Virus record (IMG/VR): IMGVR_UViG_3300020190_000004
Source: a virus
Taxonomy: Duplodnaviria > Caudoviricetes
Direction: 5' to 3' (one strand)
DNA: 64,000 bases
This document shows positions 54,655-64,000 of this stretch, piece after piece. How positions within the stretch are numbered: position 1 is the stretch's first letter; every line of letters begins with the position of its first letter. Position numbers and translations under genes: made by a program. The notes below the pieces were generated by a model that saw nothing but the letters and a program-made list of their open reading frames with translations, was not told the origin of the DNA and did not search any database.

Positions 54655-54909
54655 TTACCACTTTTCTCCTGGGCATCTACATTCTACACACAGCACCTTT
54701 TTGTCGATTTGACATCCGCAACCATTGAAGAAATCTCCATTAGGTTTAATACCGTGTTTTTCTGTGGAACATATTAAACCTTGCCGAAGTGGGCAAGTTG
54801 CGCAGATTGACATTCTAGATTCTCCAAGCACTTTAATCTCGGGATCTAATAAATTTACTGCATTAAGAAAGCTGTTGAACCAACCTTCTGCTATGTGTTT
54901 AAGAGCCAT
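54655..54909 (-). CDS. Cys-rich small protein
   Basis: CATCP..C..GCGC..CVECRCPGEKW. Confidence 0.65.
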   Translation of the reverse strand: MALKHIAEGWFNSFLNAVNLLDPEIKVLGESRMSICATCPLRQGLICSTEKHGIKPNGDFFNGCGCQIDKKVLCVECRCPGEKW

Positions 54910-54912
54910 GTG

Positions 54913-55497
54913 TTATACTTTAACTGTTTGTACTTTAACATCTTTTTCCGTTTCAATCTCCTTAGCAAGAGCTAAGTTATCGTCATTATCATCAAAGAAT
55001 ATGAAATCATTATATCCTTCTTCTACAAAGCGATGAATAGCTTCTTTCTTCTTTTCCGCGATATTTCCCTTAAAGCCATACTTAGGATCATTTACAGCAA
55101 TAACTAAATCGGTGTGAATGTCGATGCCATTCTCCAGGAAAAAATTGCGAATTAGAGAAGAGCTTGACCTTGCGGTAACTATTGATACATGTATGCCGCT
55201 GTTGTAAAATTTTAGAAGTTCGTCCATGACGTGAGTAATGAAAGTACTCTTTCTAAGGATATCAGCATCTTCAAACTCTTCAAAAGATAGCGTTTGCTTT
55301 GGGTTTGTATGAACAAAGTGATTAAACTCAGCGGGTGTCATTTCCTTTAGAACTCGACCTTTTTTAGGGTCAAGAACTTTAATCTTTGCCGCTGAAATTA
55401 TGAGGGTGTCATCAAGGTCAAAAATCGCTAACTTCTCTGCACGACTACCTTTAATCGTTGCCTCTTTTAGAACTTTACGTATTCTTCTGTTGACCAT
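54913..55497 (-). CDS. HAD-superfamily phosphatase
   Basis: IFDLDDTL (DxD), IVTARS, FFDDNDDN. Confidence 0.8.
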   Translation of the reverse strand: MVNRRIRKVLKEATIKGSRAEKLAIFDLDDTLIISAAKIKVLDPKKGRVLKEMTPAEFNHFVHTNPKQTLSFEEFEDADILRKSTFITHVMDELLKFYNSGIHVSIVTARSSSSLIRNFFLENGIDIHTDLVIAVNDPKYGFKGNIAEKKKEAIHRFVEEGYNDFIFFDDNDDNLALAKEIETEKDVKVQTVKV

Positions 55498-56831
55498 TCT
55501 GTGTATAGTTTATTTATCTCGTCGTAAATTGCGGATACTGAAAAGGCCCAAGTAGTACCTGACGAGAATGAACCCCAATAATTTGGGTCTGCATAAAAAC
55601 GAGCTCTTTCTTGTGTCTTTTTAGGAAAAGCAATTACTTTACCTGTATAAGAACCACCACTTGACTTAAGAATACCATCGTGTGTTTTAATCTTAGTATT
55701 AAGAATAGAACTTCTCCATGCAGGTGTTATGTTAATTAAACCACCGTCAGCTCTTCTTACGTCTAACCTAAGATAACGACCATTACCAGGAACAGGAAAT
55801 GTTTTATTGTCTACATAAAAATCGCTGGTACCTAAAAGAACGGGCAGTCCGTCAATGTAAGAAAACAAATACGGAGCAGGCCACGTCGGATTTCCGTTAG
55901 GATATTGAGCTATTGTTTTTTGTGAATAAACATATATTTGATTAGTACCTACTGTTGCATCATAAACTGTAAATTCATTAATAGTTAAATTGCCATCAAT
56001 GTCGGGTATCATAGACGCTAATCCACCAGTTCCTGTTCCTTTTATGTCAAGCAGTTTTGGGCCGGCTATATTGCCTGCTGTTCTATTTATCTTAATTGTT
56101 GTGATTCCACCACCACCAACAAAAGGTGTTAAAGAAATATCAGGGTTCTGATCTAAACCCGTCACATTATACACAAAGTAATTGGTTGGGTCAGAAACAT
56201 CTCTGGCCATGATTCTATACTTTCGGCTCTCCTGATTAACGTCATCCCAGTAAAAATATAAGTCACCTGTATTTCTGTCGTGCGAAACGCTTAGGTTAAT
56301 TGGTGGAACAGCATTATTAAAAGTGCTTAGGTCTTGGAACAGTCGCCGGTTCCAAGCAAACACATCTCCTGATTCCATATCTAAAGGCTGACCTTGCGTA
56401 ATTACACAAGTTAATGTATATGTGTAGCTATAAGTACTGCCAGCGATTGTAAATGATATGTCAGTAACTTTTGCGATATATCCTCTAACCCAATCGTGTG
56501 TAGAACTCTTAACTACAAAAGTATCACCGTCTTTAATTATGTTTGATCCGTAAAGTCCAGGATTCGTAGCTGAAGTTTCTAGCGTGGCATCATACTCAAC
56601 GATAAAAGTAAAAGTACTTAATTCGCCAGTTACACTTATTTGAGAAGTTGGTGCTGTAAGAAGAGAAGCTTCATACGAAACGCTATAGTCATCTGCGCTT
56701 GTGAGTTCAGATGTAAAAATCTTTCCTTGCAATTCTCCGCTAGGAACGTTACCATCTTCTATAGACGGAGATCTTAAGACCTGGTCTTGAAAGTTTGAGT
56801 AAATCTCGGGTGCATTATTACGAATTCTCAT
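55467..56831 (-). CDS. Virion structural protein with an apparently discontinuous FN3-like domain
   Basis: PPINLSV..LYFYWDD..KYRIMAR, and about 170 aa later TTWAFSVSAIY..TEWSTEEYVKF. Confidence 0.5.
   Translation of the reverse strand: MRIRNNAPEIYSNFQDQVLRSPSIEDGNVPSGELQGKIFTSELTSADDYSVSYEASLLTAPTSQISVTGELSTFTFIVEYDATLETSATNPGLYGSNIIKDGDTFVVKSSTHDWVRGYIAKVTDISFTIAGSTYSYTYTLTCVITQGQPLDMESGDVFAWNRRLFQDLSTFNNAVPPINLSVSHDRNTGDLYFYWDDVNQESRKYRIMARDVSDPTNYFVYNVTGLDQNPDISLTPFVGGGGITTIKINRTAGNIAGPKLLDIKGTGTGGLASMIPDIDGNLTINEFTVYDATVGTNQIYVYSQKTIAQYPNGNPTWPAPYLFSYIDGLPVLLGTSDFYVDNKTFPVPGNGRYLRLDVRRADGGLINITPAWRSSILNTKIKTHDGILKSSGGSYTGKVIAFPKKTQERARFYADPNYWGSFSSGTTWAFSVSAIYDEINKLYTEWSTEEYVKF
55511..55518 (-). 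promoter_or_regulatory. Late-promoter variant GATAAATA
   Basis: One substitution from both GATATATA and T4 TATAAATA; 13 nt upstream of the ATG at 55497. Confidence 0.3.
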
Positions 56832-59800
56832 AGATGGTTAAAAAGTCATTTCTTGTGTAATTCTTCTTATTGCCATTGGTATCAGTAATTTCTAATTCTA
56901 ACGTAAATTTGCCAGGACGATCAAATGTAAACATCATTTCAGAATCAGTCAATTCTACCAAGGTACTATTTTCATTGGAAAGTTTCCAATAGAAACTAGT
57001 TTTTCCAGCAATTCTACTAGCATCAGAAGAAAAATAAACTGTAGTCCCGGAGGGTAATTTAACTGGTTCAATTCCAATGTAGGTATCCTCCCATCGCCAA
57101 GCACCTCCTATCGCAGATTCATACGGCAAACGATTTGATTGAGCTTCTGCTACTAAATCATTGTCCCAAACAGGCAACGCCGGCGGTGGCGGATTCATAG
57201 TAAAACTGTATTGAAGTGGTAAGTCAGCAGCAGGATACCAGCCTCCTGGCAAGGAAAGAGGGTTAAGACCTTCATGTTGATAAATTTGATAGTATCTGCT
57301 TGTCATTAAGAATTCTTTTAGTCCTCCTTCAAACGCGCCTACAAGCCCTGGTCCGTAACCAAAGTGTTTTGCCACATTTTTTAGAGGGTATGTGTGACAA
57401 ATCGGAGTGTTTACGAGGTTAAGCGGGTCTTCAAAACTAATACCGTTTTGACCTATTAACCAGCCTAAATGGTCAGTAGAAGGAGTTGCTGCAACCGCGT
57501 GTATTTTTAAGTTAGTGGCATTTTGGAAAACTAATGTAAAGTCAACTTGTTCATTTGAAAACCACTCCACATCAAATGAACAATTAACCTGAGTTACAGT
57601 TGAAGCAATGTCAAGTTTAAGAGTATTAACACTGCCTTGATAAGAATTGATTTCAACGATTCTTGCGGGAAAAGCTGGCGAAGTAGGCAACCCCGGTCCA
57701 GATATTATCTCTCCTACGTATATTTCATTTTCGTTAAGGCCAGTAATCTTGGATATTATAGCTGACCCGTTTTTAAGATTGCCTACAAAACTAAGTTTCT
57801 TAGGTAACGGGTTAACCATTTTAATATCATTGGGTGTAACACCTATAAAAGGATATGTTTGAATTTCAGCAGCAGGGCCAGTAAATTCGGAGATGATCAC
57901 ATCTCCCGCAGAAGGTGAGGTTACTACTGTAGGTTGAATAATTAAATCAGGGTGATCATATGTGTTTAAGGTTCCAGTAATTTTTTCTTTGTCTACATTT
58001 TCTTCACCGAGCAATTCATATTCGAATCTAGATAACCCAGGGTTGTCTGTTGCTCGTAATTCATAAAGAGCTTGAGAAAATTTTTCTCCATTAGACATAC
58101 CACCAACTATGCCCTGAAAATAAAACGTAGGATCATTATTAAATTGGATGTTTCCATTTTGGTCAACACCCGTGATTGTAAAATCACATGCAATTCTTTC
58201 TTGAAAGTCTAAAGTATCCCATGTATGATAGTAAGATTCTTTCCATGTAACAGATCTGTAATTTTGCCATTGTTGAACAAGCGTCCCAATTCTTCTTTCA
58301 GCAAAGTCTTCATCAAACTTTCTTTGCATTACATAGAAAGAAGAAGAACTTCTTAATAGCTCGGATTCTTCATCGTCAAGGGTGAGTATTGTGCCAAGTC
58401 CGTTTCTCCAGTAACCTGTATTAGTTACAAGAAGGCTGTAATCGCCAGAAACAATACCGTGATCGTAATACCAACCTTCGCCAGTTGTGGTGACAGCAAA
58501 TTCTGCCGCAAGGGCGCTATTAAAGTCTCCACTTGACGGGTACATGTTAAAGTCCATAAAAATTTCAGCGTTAGGGCCAGAATTCTGAAAAAGATAAGAT
58601 CTAGTTGGAAACTCGTTATACTCATACTCTAACCAAATACTTGAACCAGCGGCTTGTGTAGCTGCTAGATGTGCTGTGAGTCCGTTGATGCTCCCTCCAT
58701 CAAGAGCAACAAAATCGATTACGTGTACTCCGTCATATCCAGGAGGTAAACCGCCCCAAATATCGAAAGGGTGACCTGTGTTGCTTGTGTCAAAGAATAC
58801 ATGTGTCGTTCTTAACCGCTGTTCATATGAATTACCGCTAACAGGGTCTATCAGGTAGATTGATATGACAGAAAAACCGGGAGTAAGTTCTCCAGTTGGA
58901 TTGGCTGGCAAACAACCCGGAACACCTGGACCTGCTGTTGCGCTTAATATGTAAAGTTTTCCAATATGATCGTTTACGAGAGGGTCGTTTGATACACTTG
59001 GTTCTATAACCCAAGTAGAATTTACAGGGTTAGTGTCCCAATTTAGATTACCGTTTGCTACATCAGTGCCTCTATACTGGTATATCATTCCTAACTCACC
59101 GCCCTTGGAATAAACTGGATCTGAAGCACCACCGTCAATGGTGATACTATTAGGCTGACCTGGTAAAGGAAGCGTGTCTTTGTTTATGATCTGCTTACGG
59201 AATCTTACAGGTATCTCATCATGACCAAAAAGTCTAATATAATCACCAATAACTATTCCAGTGGGGTTTGTAACAGCATTATAGATTTGATTGCCATCAA
59301 GAACAATGGTTCCTCCAATTTCTCTTAACACTTGCCATGTAGTAGGGCTGTTGGTAAAAGCAGATGGAGGCGTACTTGTAAGTTCAATTTCAGTTTGACC
59401 TGGTGTTGCATAATTTGCATTCAGGACTTCTAGCTGATATGTAACATCATCACGTCTAATGAATACCCAATCATTAGGGTTAATTGCAGGTTCTATTTCC
59501 GGGTAAGGTCTTTGACCGGAAACGATTATTGTTGGGTTAAGCGTAGAAGGAGTAGTAGTAGAATCAGTATAAGAAATAACTGCACCTTCGACATTATCTT
59601 CAGGCGAAACCTGAATAACTTCGATAGGTAACTTTATAGGGTAGTTATATTTGTTTACACCATCTAAGTTTCCAGTCTCTAAACTATCCCATCTTACTTG
59701 AGAAGAATCCCACGTCGTCATGGTGAATATGGGATTCACCCAGCGCCCAAATGCGTTTTCCCATGTGTAGCGAATATCATCCGGTATAACAGGCTGAAGA

Positions 59801-62800
59801 TCAACAGGATTAGGTTCGAACTCCGGTATAGGTGCCTGGTAATAACCCTCCCAGCTATCTTCATAGCCATTAGCGTATTTTGCTACATAAGCATAAGTAG
59901 CTTCTGGGAGTATTACGTCGATAAAGTTATTCTTTATCTCATTTATGAAGTTGTTATCTGTATCATAAGCAATCATTTCAACTGTGTACTTACCTACATA
60001 TGGAAGTATAAGTTGGTGATTGATTAAATCGTCTATAGGTTTAATTCCTGAGACATAATTGAACTGATGAATAGGATTTTCTGGTGCAGTCAGAGTAACT
60101 TTCCATTCCATCTGATAGAAATCACCTCTACCTAATTCATCCCATGTATATAAGTTTCCAACATGCCCACCTTTAGGTGAAATAGTTGGTACTGAAGTAT
60201 AACCAATGCCTGGGTTAGTAACACTTACACCTTCGTGAATTTCAATTTCATCACCAGCAACAGTAGTAATCACAACCGGAGAACCATCGAACTTAGAAAG
60301 AACAACTTGTGAAAAAGGTTGGATCACGCCACTTACAATCGTGCCTTCAGGAATGCCTGGACCTTTTATTATTCTGTTTGGGCTAACAGCGTTGCTACCA
60401 ACAACAGGCAACAATGGAGTCAAGTCTAAAACGTTTCCTGCAACAGCAGTTACGGTAAAGTTGAGAATTTTTAGTTGTCCGTTTCTTAATTCAGCGGGCG
60501 CAGATAAACCGCAGACTTCGCCGCCAGTTCCGTCTCCACCTCCTACAACAAAAGTTGGGGCATATCTATAAACGTTGCCAGGACTAACTATTTCAACGGC
60601 CAGCAACTGTCCAGAACCTAAAGGCAATTCACTCACATATCCTTTAAGTACTGCATCGCTTCCTCCACCAAGTGAGTTCCATGTGTATGGGACTTCGTTC
60701 CATGTAATGTCAAACTGAGTTTTTAAGTCAAGAGGTGCACCCACAGGTGAACCTGCAACATTAATAAAGCCAAAGATTGGTGCGTTATCATTAAGATAGC
60801 CAATCGGCGAATTATTCACTGTTACCAGGTCTAAGTTGATAGAAGAACCTATATTTGGTAAAATGTCAACAGTTGGTATGTTGCTATACTTTAAGCCTTT
60901 TGTAGTAAAACCAATGCTTTCGATTTCGAAAGGAATGTCTGTTGATAAGCAATTAAAACCTTGAGCTGATGCAGTTACGTACTGTGTTCCTGAGATTCTA
61001 AAAACGCTTGCCTGAAAAAACCCTGCTGTAGGTAAGGCGGAATAATTAGAACCTTGGTGCAATCCTGCTTGAATCGCAAAGTTGGTCACTTCTCCGTTAG
61101 GGCCTACAACATTAACCGTGATTCTTATCGGCACTTCATATACACCACCGCTTAACGTAATGACATCTCCAGGCTGATAACCCGTACCACTTGGTGTAAG
61201 TGGAGCAATGATTCCTAAAGAATATGCACGCATCTTTGCGTACCCGGTTGCTTGCTGGTATGCTTGTCCGGGAAAAGATACTTGAGGTATTTCACCCCAG
61301 TAAGGTCCACCTGAAGTTGCAATAAGCGCACCGTTTATGTTATACTTATTTGTATATTCTTCTAATAAATCAAAGTATGGCGGCGAAGGCAGAGTTTCAT
61401 CTGAATCAAAAGAAATAGTACTTTCTATTTCAATCGATTTCTTTTCAGCATCAAAGTCGATCTGACGAGTAAGATCTACATTAAAGTAATTACTTGGATC
61501 ATTCCAAGAATTTATTGAGTATCTATCATAATAAACACCTTCACCTGTAATATCAACTATTTTTGAGTTAAGAGGCAAGAATTTTTCTTTTAAGTATCTC
61601 TTTAATGCAAATAGTTTAACTAAGACTTCTTCGTTAGTATAATCAAAAGCATCTTGCGTAAGAGGCACGCCAAATGTATCAAATACACCTTTATCTTTTA
61701 TGATGTCATAAAATAAACCAAATCTACTAGTTTTCTTATAGTGTTTACTAGGTACTAAAGAAATTTCTTTCTTGGTGTCGCCTTTTGTGTCTAGTTGAAA
61801 AGGAATTTGTACTTGCCTGTACTTACCAAAATACTCGTCATCTTGGTTAACATTTAAGAAGTATTCTTTAACACGAATGTCATAATAACCAAACCAGTTA
61901 AGTATGTTAACCAATCCTTTATAAGATCCTACATAGGGCCAGATATTGTTGCCTTCAAGCAACATTTCTTTTCTCTTGGCGTTAAGAAGCAAGTTATCTG
62001 TTAAATCTTCGTTTATATCAGATTTTCTGAGTATGAGCTCTTGTTCGTAATCAACATCACGACCAAAGTTTTGTAGAAGCAAGCCTAATCTTTCATCTTC
62101 TGCGACGGTTTCTCCTTCATATAGACCAAGAAAGATTCTTATAGGTGTTTCATAAGTAACATCATCAATGTTAATCTGCGCCGCGTAAACACCTTCAATA
62201 TCAGATCTTAAACCAATGTTAAGAGCAAAGGCTTCTTGTGGAATTCTTTGATGAACAGTTCTTTGATAAGTAGAATTCCCTATTGGAAATGTATCAGGCG
62301 CCGCACTTTCTTGTGGGTCATTAAACTCAAAGAAAAAATCATTTATTTTTTCTACTGTTGGGTAATCTTCATTGTAGACTACGTCAAACAAGAAAAATTC
62401 TTTATCACTATTCTCTTCTATGTATGCACGATATATTGGAATAACTCCAAATTTCATTGTACCCGTTGAAGTAGTAGGAATAATCTGAGCAGATTCAAAG
62501 GTAAGTTCGGTTGGAGAAACTTTTACCAAATCATGTCTTCCGTCTAATGAAGTAGATCCAAACGTATCAAAAATGCGTATAGTATTACCTACGCGTAGAT
62601 TATGAGGCTTAAAAAACTCTAATGTTACATTACCAGCTGATAAATCCGTACTGATAGTTACTGTGTTGTACGTTGTGTCTATTTCTGTTATAAAAGAGGG
62701 TTGGGTCAAGACTCCACCAGTTACAAACATTCCAATCTCAAGAGTAGATATTATTCCAGGAGGGATTCCCCATATTTTACTGAGTTTTGAGGCCAAAACA

Positions 62801-63357
62801 TTGCCCGTCACAGTAATAGTAGCAATCTTTATAGAAGCACTTGTACCATTGGCTGAATAACTCACAACATCAATAGGGCTGTATTCATCTGATCTTGGAT
62901 ATGTATATGAATCGTTTCCATTGGAGTCATATACATTTTCAACAATGAATAATTGATCGGTTGATACTAAACCCGTTGAAATCGGCTCAAGAAAATGGTT
63001 GGTAAATAAGAAAGATGAAATGTATGAAAACCCTTTGTTTTCTAATGGATAAGTTACATTAAAACTTGTAATTTCTCCACTAACTGAAAGAGTTAGATCA
63101 ATAGGATCAGTATTCCATATCGCTTCAGTTTGTGCATCTTCAAATCTTAAGTAACTTCCGGGATTGTATCCTTGCCCACCGGCCAAAATCTCTACATAAA
63201 TAATTCTGCCTTCAAAATCGGTATACGCATTAATAAGTGCGCCGTTTCCCTTTATGTCTCCGGGATCGACAACCGTAACAACAATCGACTTTGACTCTGT
63301 TGGAGATAAGCTGTTACCCTTCTTATCAAATAGTCTTAATTTGTTTACTAACAGCAT
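56818..63357 (-). CDS. Baseplate wedge-like giant protein (2179 aa) with a C-terminal PKD-like domain
   Basis: YVGSYKGLVNILNWFGY (gp7/gpI-like), repeated VxxxGxGYxxxP modules, C-terminal FTFDRPGKFTLELEITD. Confidence 0.6.
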   Translation of the reverse strand: MLLVNKLRLFDKKGNSLSPTESKSIVVTVVDPGDIKGNGALINAYTDFEGRIIYVEILAGGQGYNPGSYLRFEDAQTEAIWNTDPIDLTLSVSGEITSFNVTYPLENKGFSYISSFLFTNHFLEPISTGLVSTDQLFIVENVYDSNGNDSYTYPRSDEYSPIDVVSYSANGTSASIKIATITVTGNVLASKLSKIWGIPPGIISTLEIGMFVTGGVLTQPSFITEIDTTYNTVTISTDLSAGNVTLEFFKPHNLRVGNTIRIFDTFGSTSLDGRHDLVKVSPTELTFESAQIIPTTSTGTMKFGVIPIYRAYIEENSDKEFFLFDVVYNEDYPTVEKINDFFFEFNDPQESAAPDTFPIGNSTYQRTVHQRIPQEAFALNIGLRSDIEGVYAAQINIDDVTYETPIRIFLGLYEGETVAEDERLGLLLQNFGRDVDYEQELILRKSDINEDLTDNLLLNAKRKEMLLEGNNIWPYVGSYKGLVNILNWFGYYDIRVKEYFLNVNQDDEYFGKYRQVQIPFQLDTKGDTKKEISLVPSKHYKKTSRFGLFYDIIKDKGVFDTFGVPLTQDAFDYTNEEVLVKLFALKRYLKEKFLPLNSKIVDITGEGVYYDRYSINSWNDPSNYFNVDLTRQIDFDAEKKSIEIESTISFDSDETLPSPPYFDLLEEYTNKYNINGALIATSGGPYWGEIPQVSFPGQAYQQATGYAKMRAYSLGIIAPLTPSGTGYQPGDVITLSGGVYEVPIRITVNVVGPNGEVTNFAIQAGLHQGSNYSALPTAGFFQASVFRISGTQYVTASAQGFNCLSTDIPFEIESIGFTTKGLKYSNIPTVDILPNIGSSINLDLVTVNNSPIGYLNDNAPIFGFINVAGSPVGAPLDLKTQFDITWNEVPYTWNSLGGGSDAVLKGYVSELPLGSGQLLAVEIVSPGNVYRYAPTFVVGGGDGTGGEVCGLSAPAELRNGQLKILNFTVTAVAGNVLDLTPLLPVVGSNAVSPNRIIKGPGIPEGTIVSGVIQPFSQVVLSKFDGSPVVITTVAGDEIEIHEGVSVTNPGIGYTSVPTISPKGGHVGNLYTWDELGRGDFYQMEWKVTLTAPENPIHQFNYVSGIKPIDDLINHQLILPYVGKYTVEMIAYDTDNNFINEIKNNFIDVILPEATYAYVAKYANGYEDSWEGYYQAPIPEFEPNPVDLQPVIPDDIRYTWENAFGRWVNPIFTMTTWDSSQVRWDSLETGNLDGVNKYNYPIKLPIEVIQVSPEDNVEGAVISYTDSTTTPSTLNPTIIVSGQRPYPEIEPAINPNDWVFIRRDDVTYQLEVLNANYATPGQTEIELTSTPPSAFTNSPTTWQVLREIGGTIVLDGNQIYNAVTNPTGIVIGDYIRLFGHDEIPVRFRKQIINKDTLPLPGQPNSITIDGGASDPVYSKGGELGMIYQYRGTDVANGNLNWDTNPVNSTWVIEPSVSNDPLVNDHIGKLYILSATAGPGVPGCLPANPTGELTPGFSVISIYLIDPVSGNSYEQRLRTTHVFFDTSNTGHPFDIWGGLPPGYDGVHVIDFVALDGGSINGLTAHLAATQAAGSSIWLEYEYNEFPTRSYLFQNSGPNAEIFMDFNMYPSSGDFNSALAAEFAVTTTGEGWYYDHGIVSGDYSLLVTNTGYWRNGLGTILTLDDEESELLRSSSSFYVMQRKFDEDFAERRIGTLVQQWQNYRSVTWKESYYHTWDTLDFQERIACDFTITGVDQNGNIQFNNDPTFYFQGIVGGMSNGEKFSQALYELRATDNPGLSRFEYELLGEENVDKEKITGTLNTYDHPDLIIQPTVVTSPSAGDVIISEFTGPAAEIQTYPFIGVTPNDIKMVNPLPKKLSFVGNLKNGSAIISKITGLNENEIYVGEIISGPGLPTSPAFPARIVEINSYQGSVNTLKLDIASTVTQVNCSFDVEWFSNEQVDFTLVFQNATNLKIHAVAATPSTDHLGWLIGQNGISFEDPLNLVNTPICHTYPLKNVAKHFGYGPGLVGAFEGGLKEFLMTSRYYQIYQHEGLNPLSLPGGWYPAADLPLQYSFTMNPPPPALPVWDNDLVAEAQSNRLPYESAIGGAWRWEDTYIGIEPVKLPSGTTVYFSSDASRIAGKTSFYWKLSNENSTLVELTDSEMMFTFDRPGKFTLELEITDTNGNKKNYTRNDFLTIYENS

Positions 63358-63629
63358 TAATTTAAGTACTTATAGTTCTTATCTACGGTGTAATTAAAGG
63401 ATTTCTTTATGTTACTTGCGTAGTCCATAATATACGCAATGAATTTTTGTAATTCAACGATGATTGCCTCTCTCTTGGGATCACTAAGAAGGTAGAATGA
63501 AACAGATCTTTTGATAGAATTATTTCTCCAATCATAGCCAGTGTGCTTAAGATCATCATACTGATGATAAGTGTATTGATAGTAGCTCTGTCTTGTTAAG
63601 TATGCACCCCTTCGCGGTTTATTTTCCAT
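63357..63629 (-). CDS. Small baseplate-region hypothetical protein
   Basis: 90-aa ORF overlapping both neighbours closely. Confidence 0.55.
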   Translation of the reverse strand: MENKPRRGAYLTRQSYYQYTYHQYDDLKHTGYDWRNNSIKRSVSFYLLSDPKREAIIVELQKFIAYIMDYASNIKKSFNYTVDKNYKYLN

Positions 63630-63630
63630 C

Positions 63631-64000
63631 TTACGTATACTTTATATTTTCAATGTTAATTCTGTGAATGTCCATGTTAAGAGATTTAGAAGTACTTTTT
63701 CCGTAAGCAATGTTGATACTACCAGGTTTAGATTGATCAGATGTGTCATGATAGAAATATCCATTCCTTGCCTCCCAACCACCGCGAATAAGAGCGTATT
63801 CTCCTCTGCCTATCACCACATCCCCAAAAGAATCTATACCGATGTCCGGTTTATTTATGTTAGCAGGATCGCTCTTATAAACTTCATTTTCTTCAGAAAC
63901 AAACCAAAGATTAACTGAATCTACTCCTGGGACATTTTCAATAATTGAAATTAAGTCAGACTTAGGTATCTTATCGCGCCTGCGATTATTTAAGAAGTAC
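63631..64000 (-). CDS. Baseplate wedge (gp6/J-like) protein, C-terminal fragment (starts beyond the window)
   Basis: The frame of ORF 63631..63819 stays open to the window end; contains KSDLISIIENVPGVDSV. Confidence 0.6.
   Translation of the reverse strand, partial: YFLNNRRRDKIPKSDLISIIENVPGVDSVNLWFVSEENEVYKSDPANINKPDIGIDSFGDVVIGRGEYALIRGGWEARNGYFYHDTSDQSKPGSINIAYGKSTSKSLNMDIHRINIENIKYT

Noticed and set aside
666-63918. Numerous 60-155 aa plus-strand or alternative-frame ORFs in the track (for example 1291, 2515, 9245, 17605, 30217, 40598, 57647)
   Set aside because: They are antisense or out-of-frame shadows of well-supported genes and carry no motifs.
1-64000. Eukaryotic giant virus (NCLDV) origin, suggested by SET, NEIL1-like, P4H and DUF5824-like genes
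   Set aside because: The gp32-like SSB, UvsW/UvsY, T4-type primase, baseplate and tail genes, cell-wall hydrolases and overlapping operonic ORFs indicate a tailed bacteriophage.
1-64000. Stop-codon reassignment as in some jumbo phages
   Set aside because: ORFs up to 2529 aa are intact in the standard code, and TAA, TAG and TGA all end genes at tight junctions.
1-64000. tRNA, rRNA, transposase, reverse transcriptase/DGR or intein
   Set aside because: No cloverleaf-like, catalytic RT/transposase or intein splice motifs were recognised by eye; a tRNAscan/Infernal run would be needed to exclude small RNAs.

Overview
This is a 64-kb, intron-free, almost entirely minus-strand segment of a T4-related jumbo tailed phage, probably infecting Bacteroidota (inferred). 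It holds T4-type replication and recombination genes (family B DNA polymerase N-terminus, dUTPase, UvsW, UvsY-like, primase, gp32-like SSB, RuvC-like resolvase), a long block of very large virion and baseplate genes (about 27.5-51.1 kb and 55.5-64 kb), and an accessory cluster (NEIL1-like glycosylase, 3'-5' exonuclease, tandem SET-domain genes, PhoH, HAD). The main signal lies at 2.3-20.1 kb. About 28 small, mutually unrelated genes there start with the same 13-aa leader, consensus M-K-[HY]-[IVL]-[HK]-T-[FY]-E-[SD]-F-[LI]-N-E. This resembles the T4 internal-protein capsid-targeting sequence (MKTYQEFIAE) and ends in a gp21-type [ILV]-x-E cleavage site. The array is punctuated by a GATATATA motif 18-27 nt upstream of start codons, and the same motif precedes virion structural genes. 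I interpret this as a modular array of capsid-packaged, co-injected cargo proteins, including ADP-ribosyltransferase-like, nucleotidyltransferase, protease-like and host-derived domains, with leaders copied from neighbouring genes. All family assignments come from motifs read by eye; no searches were run.
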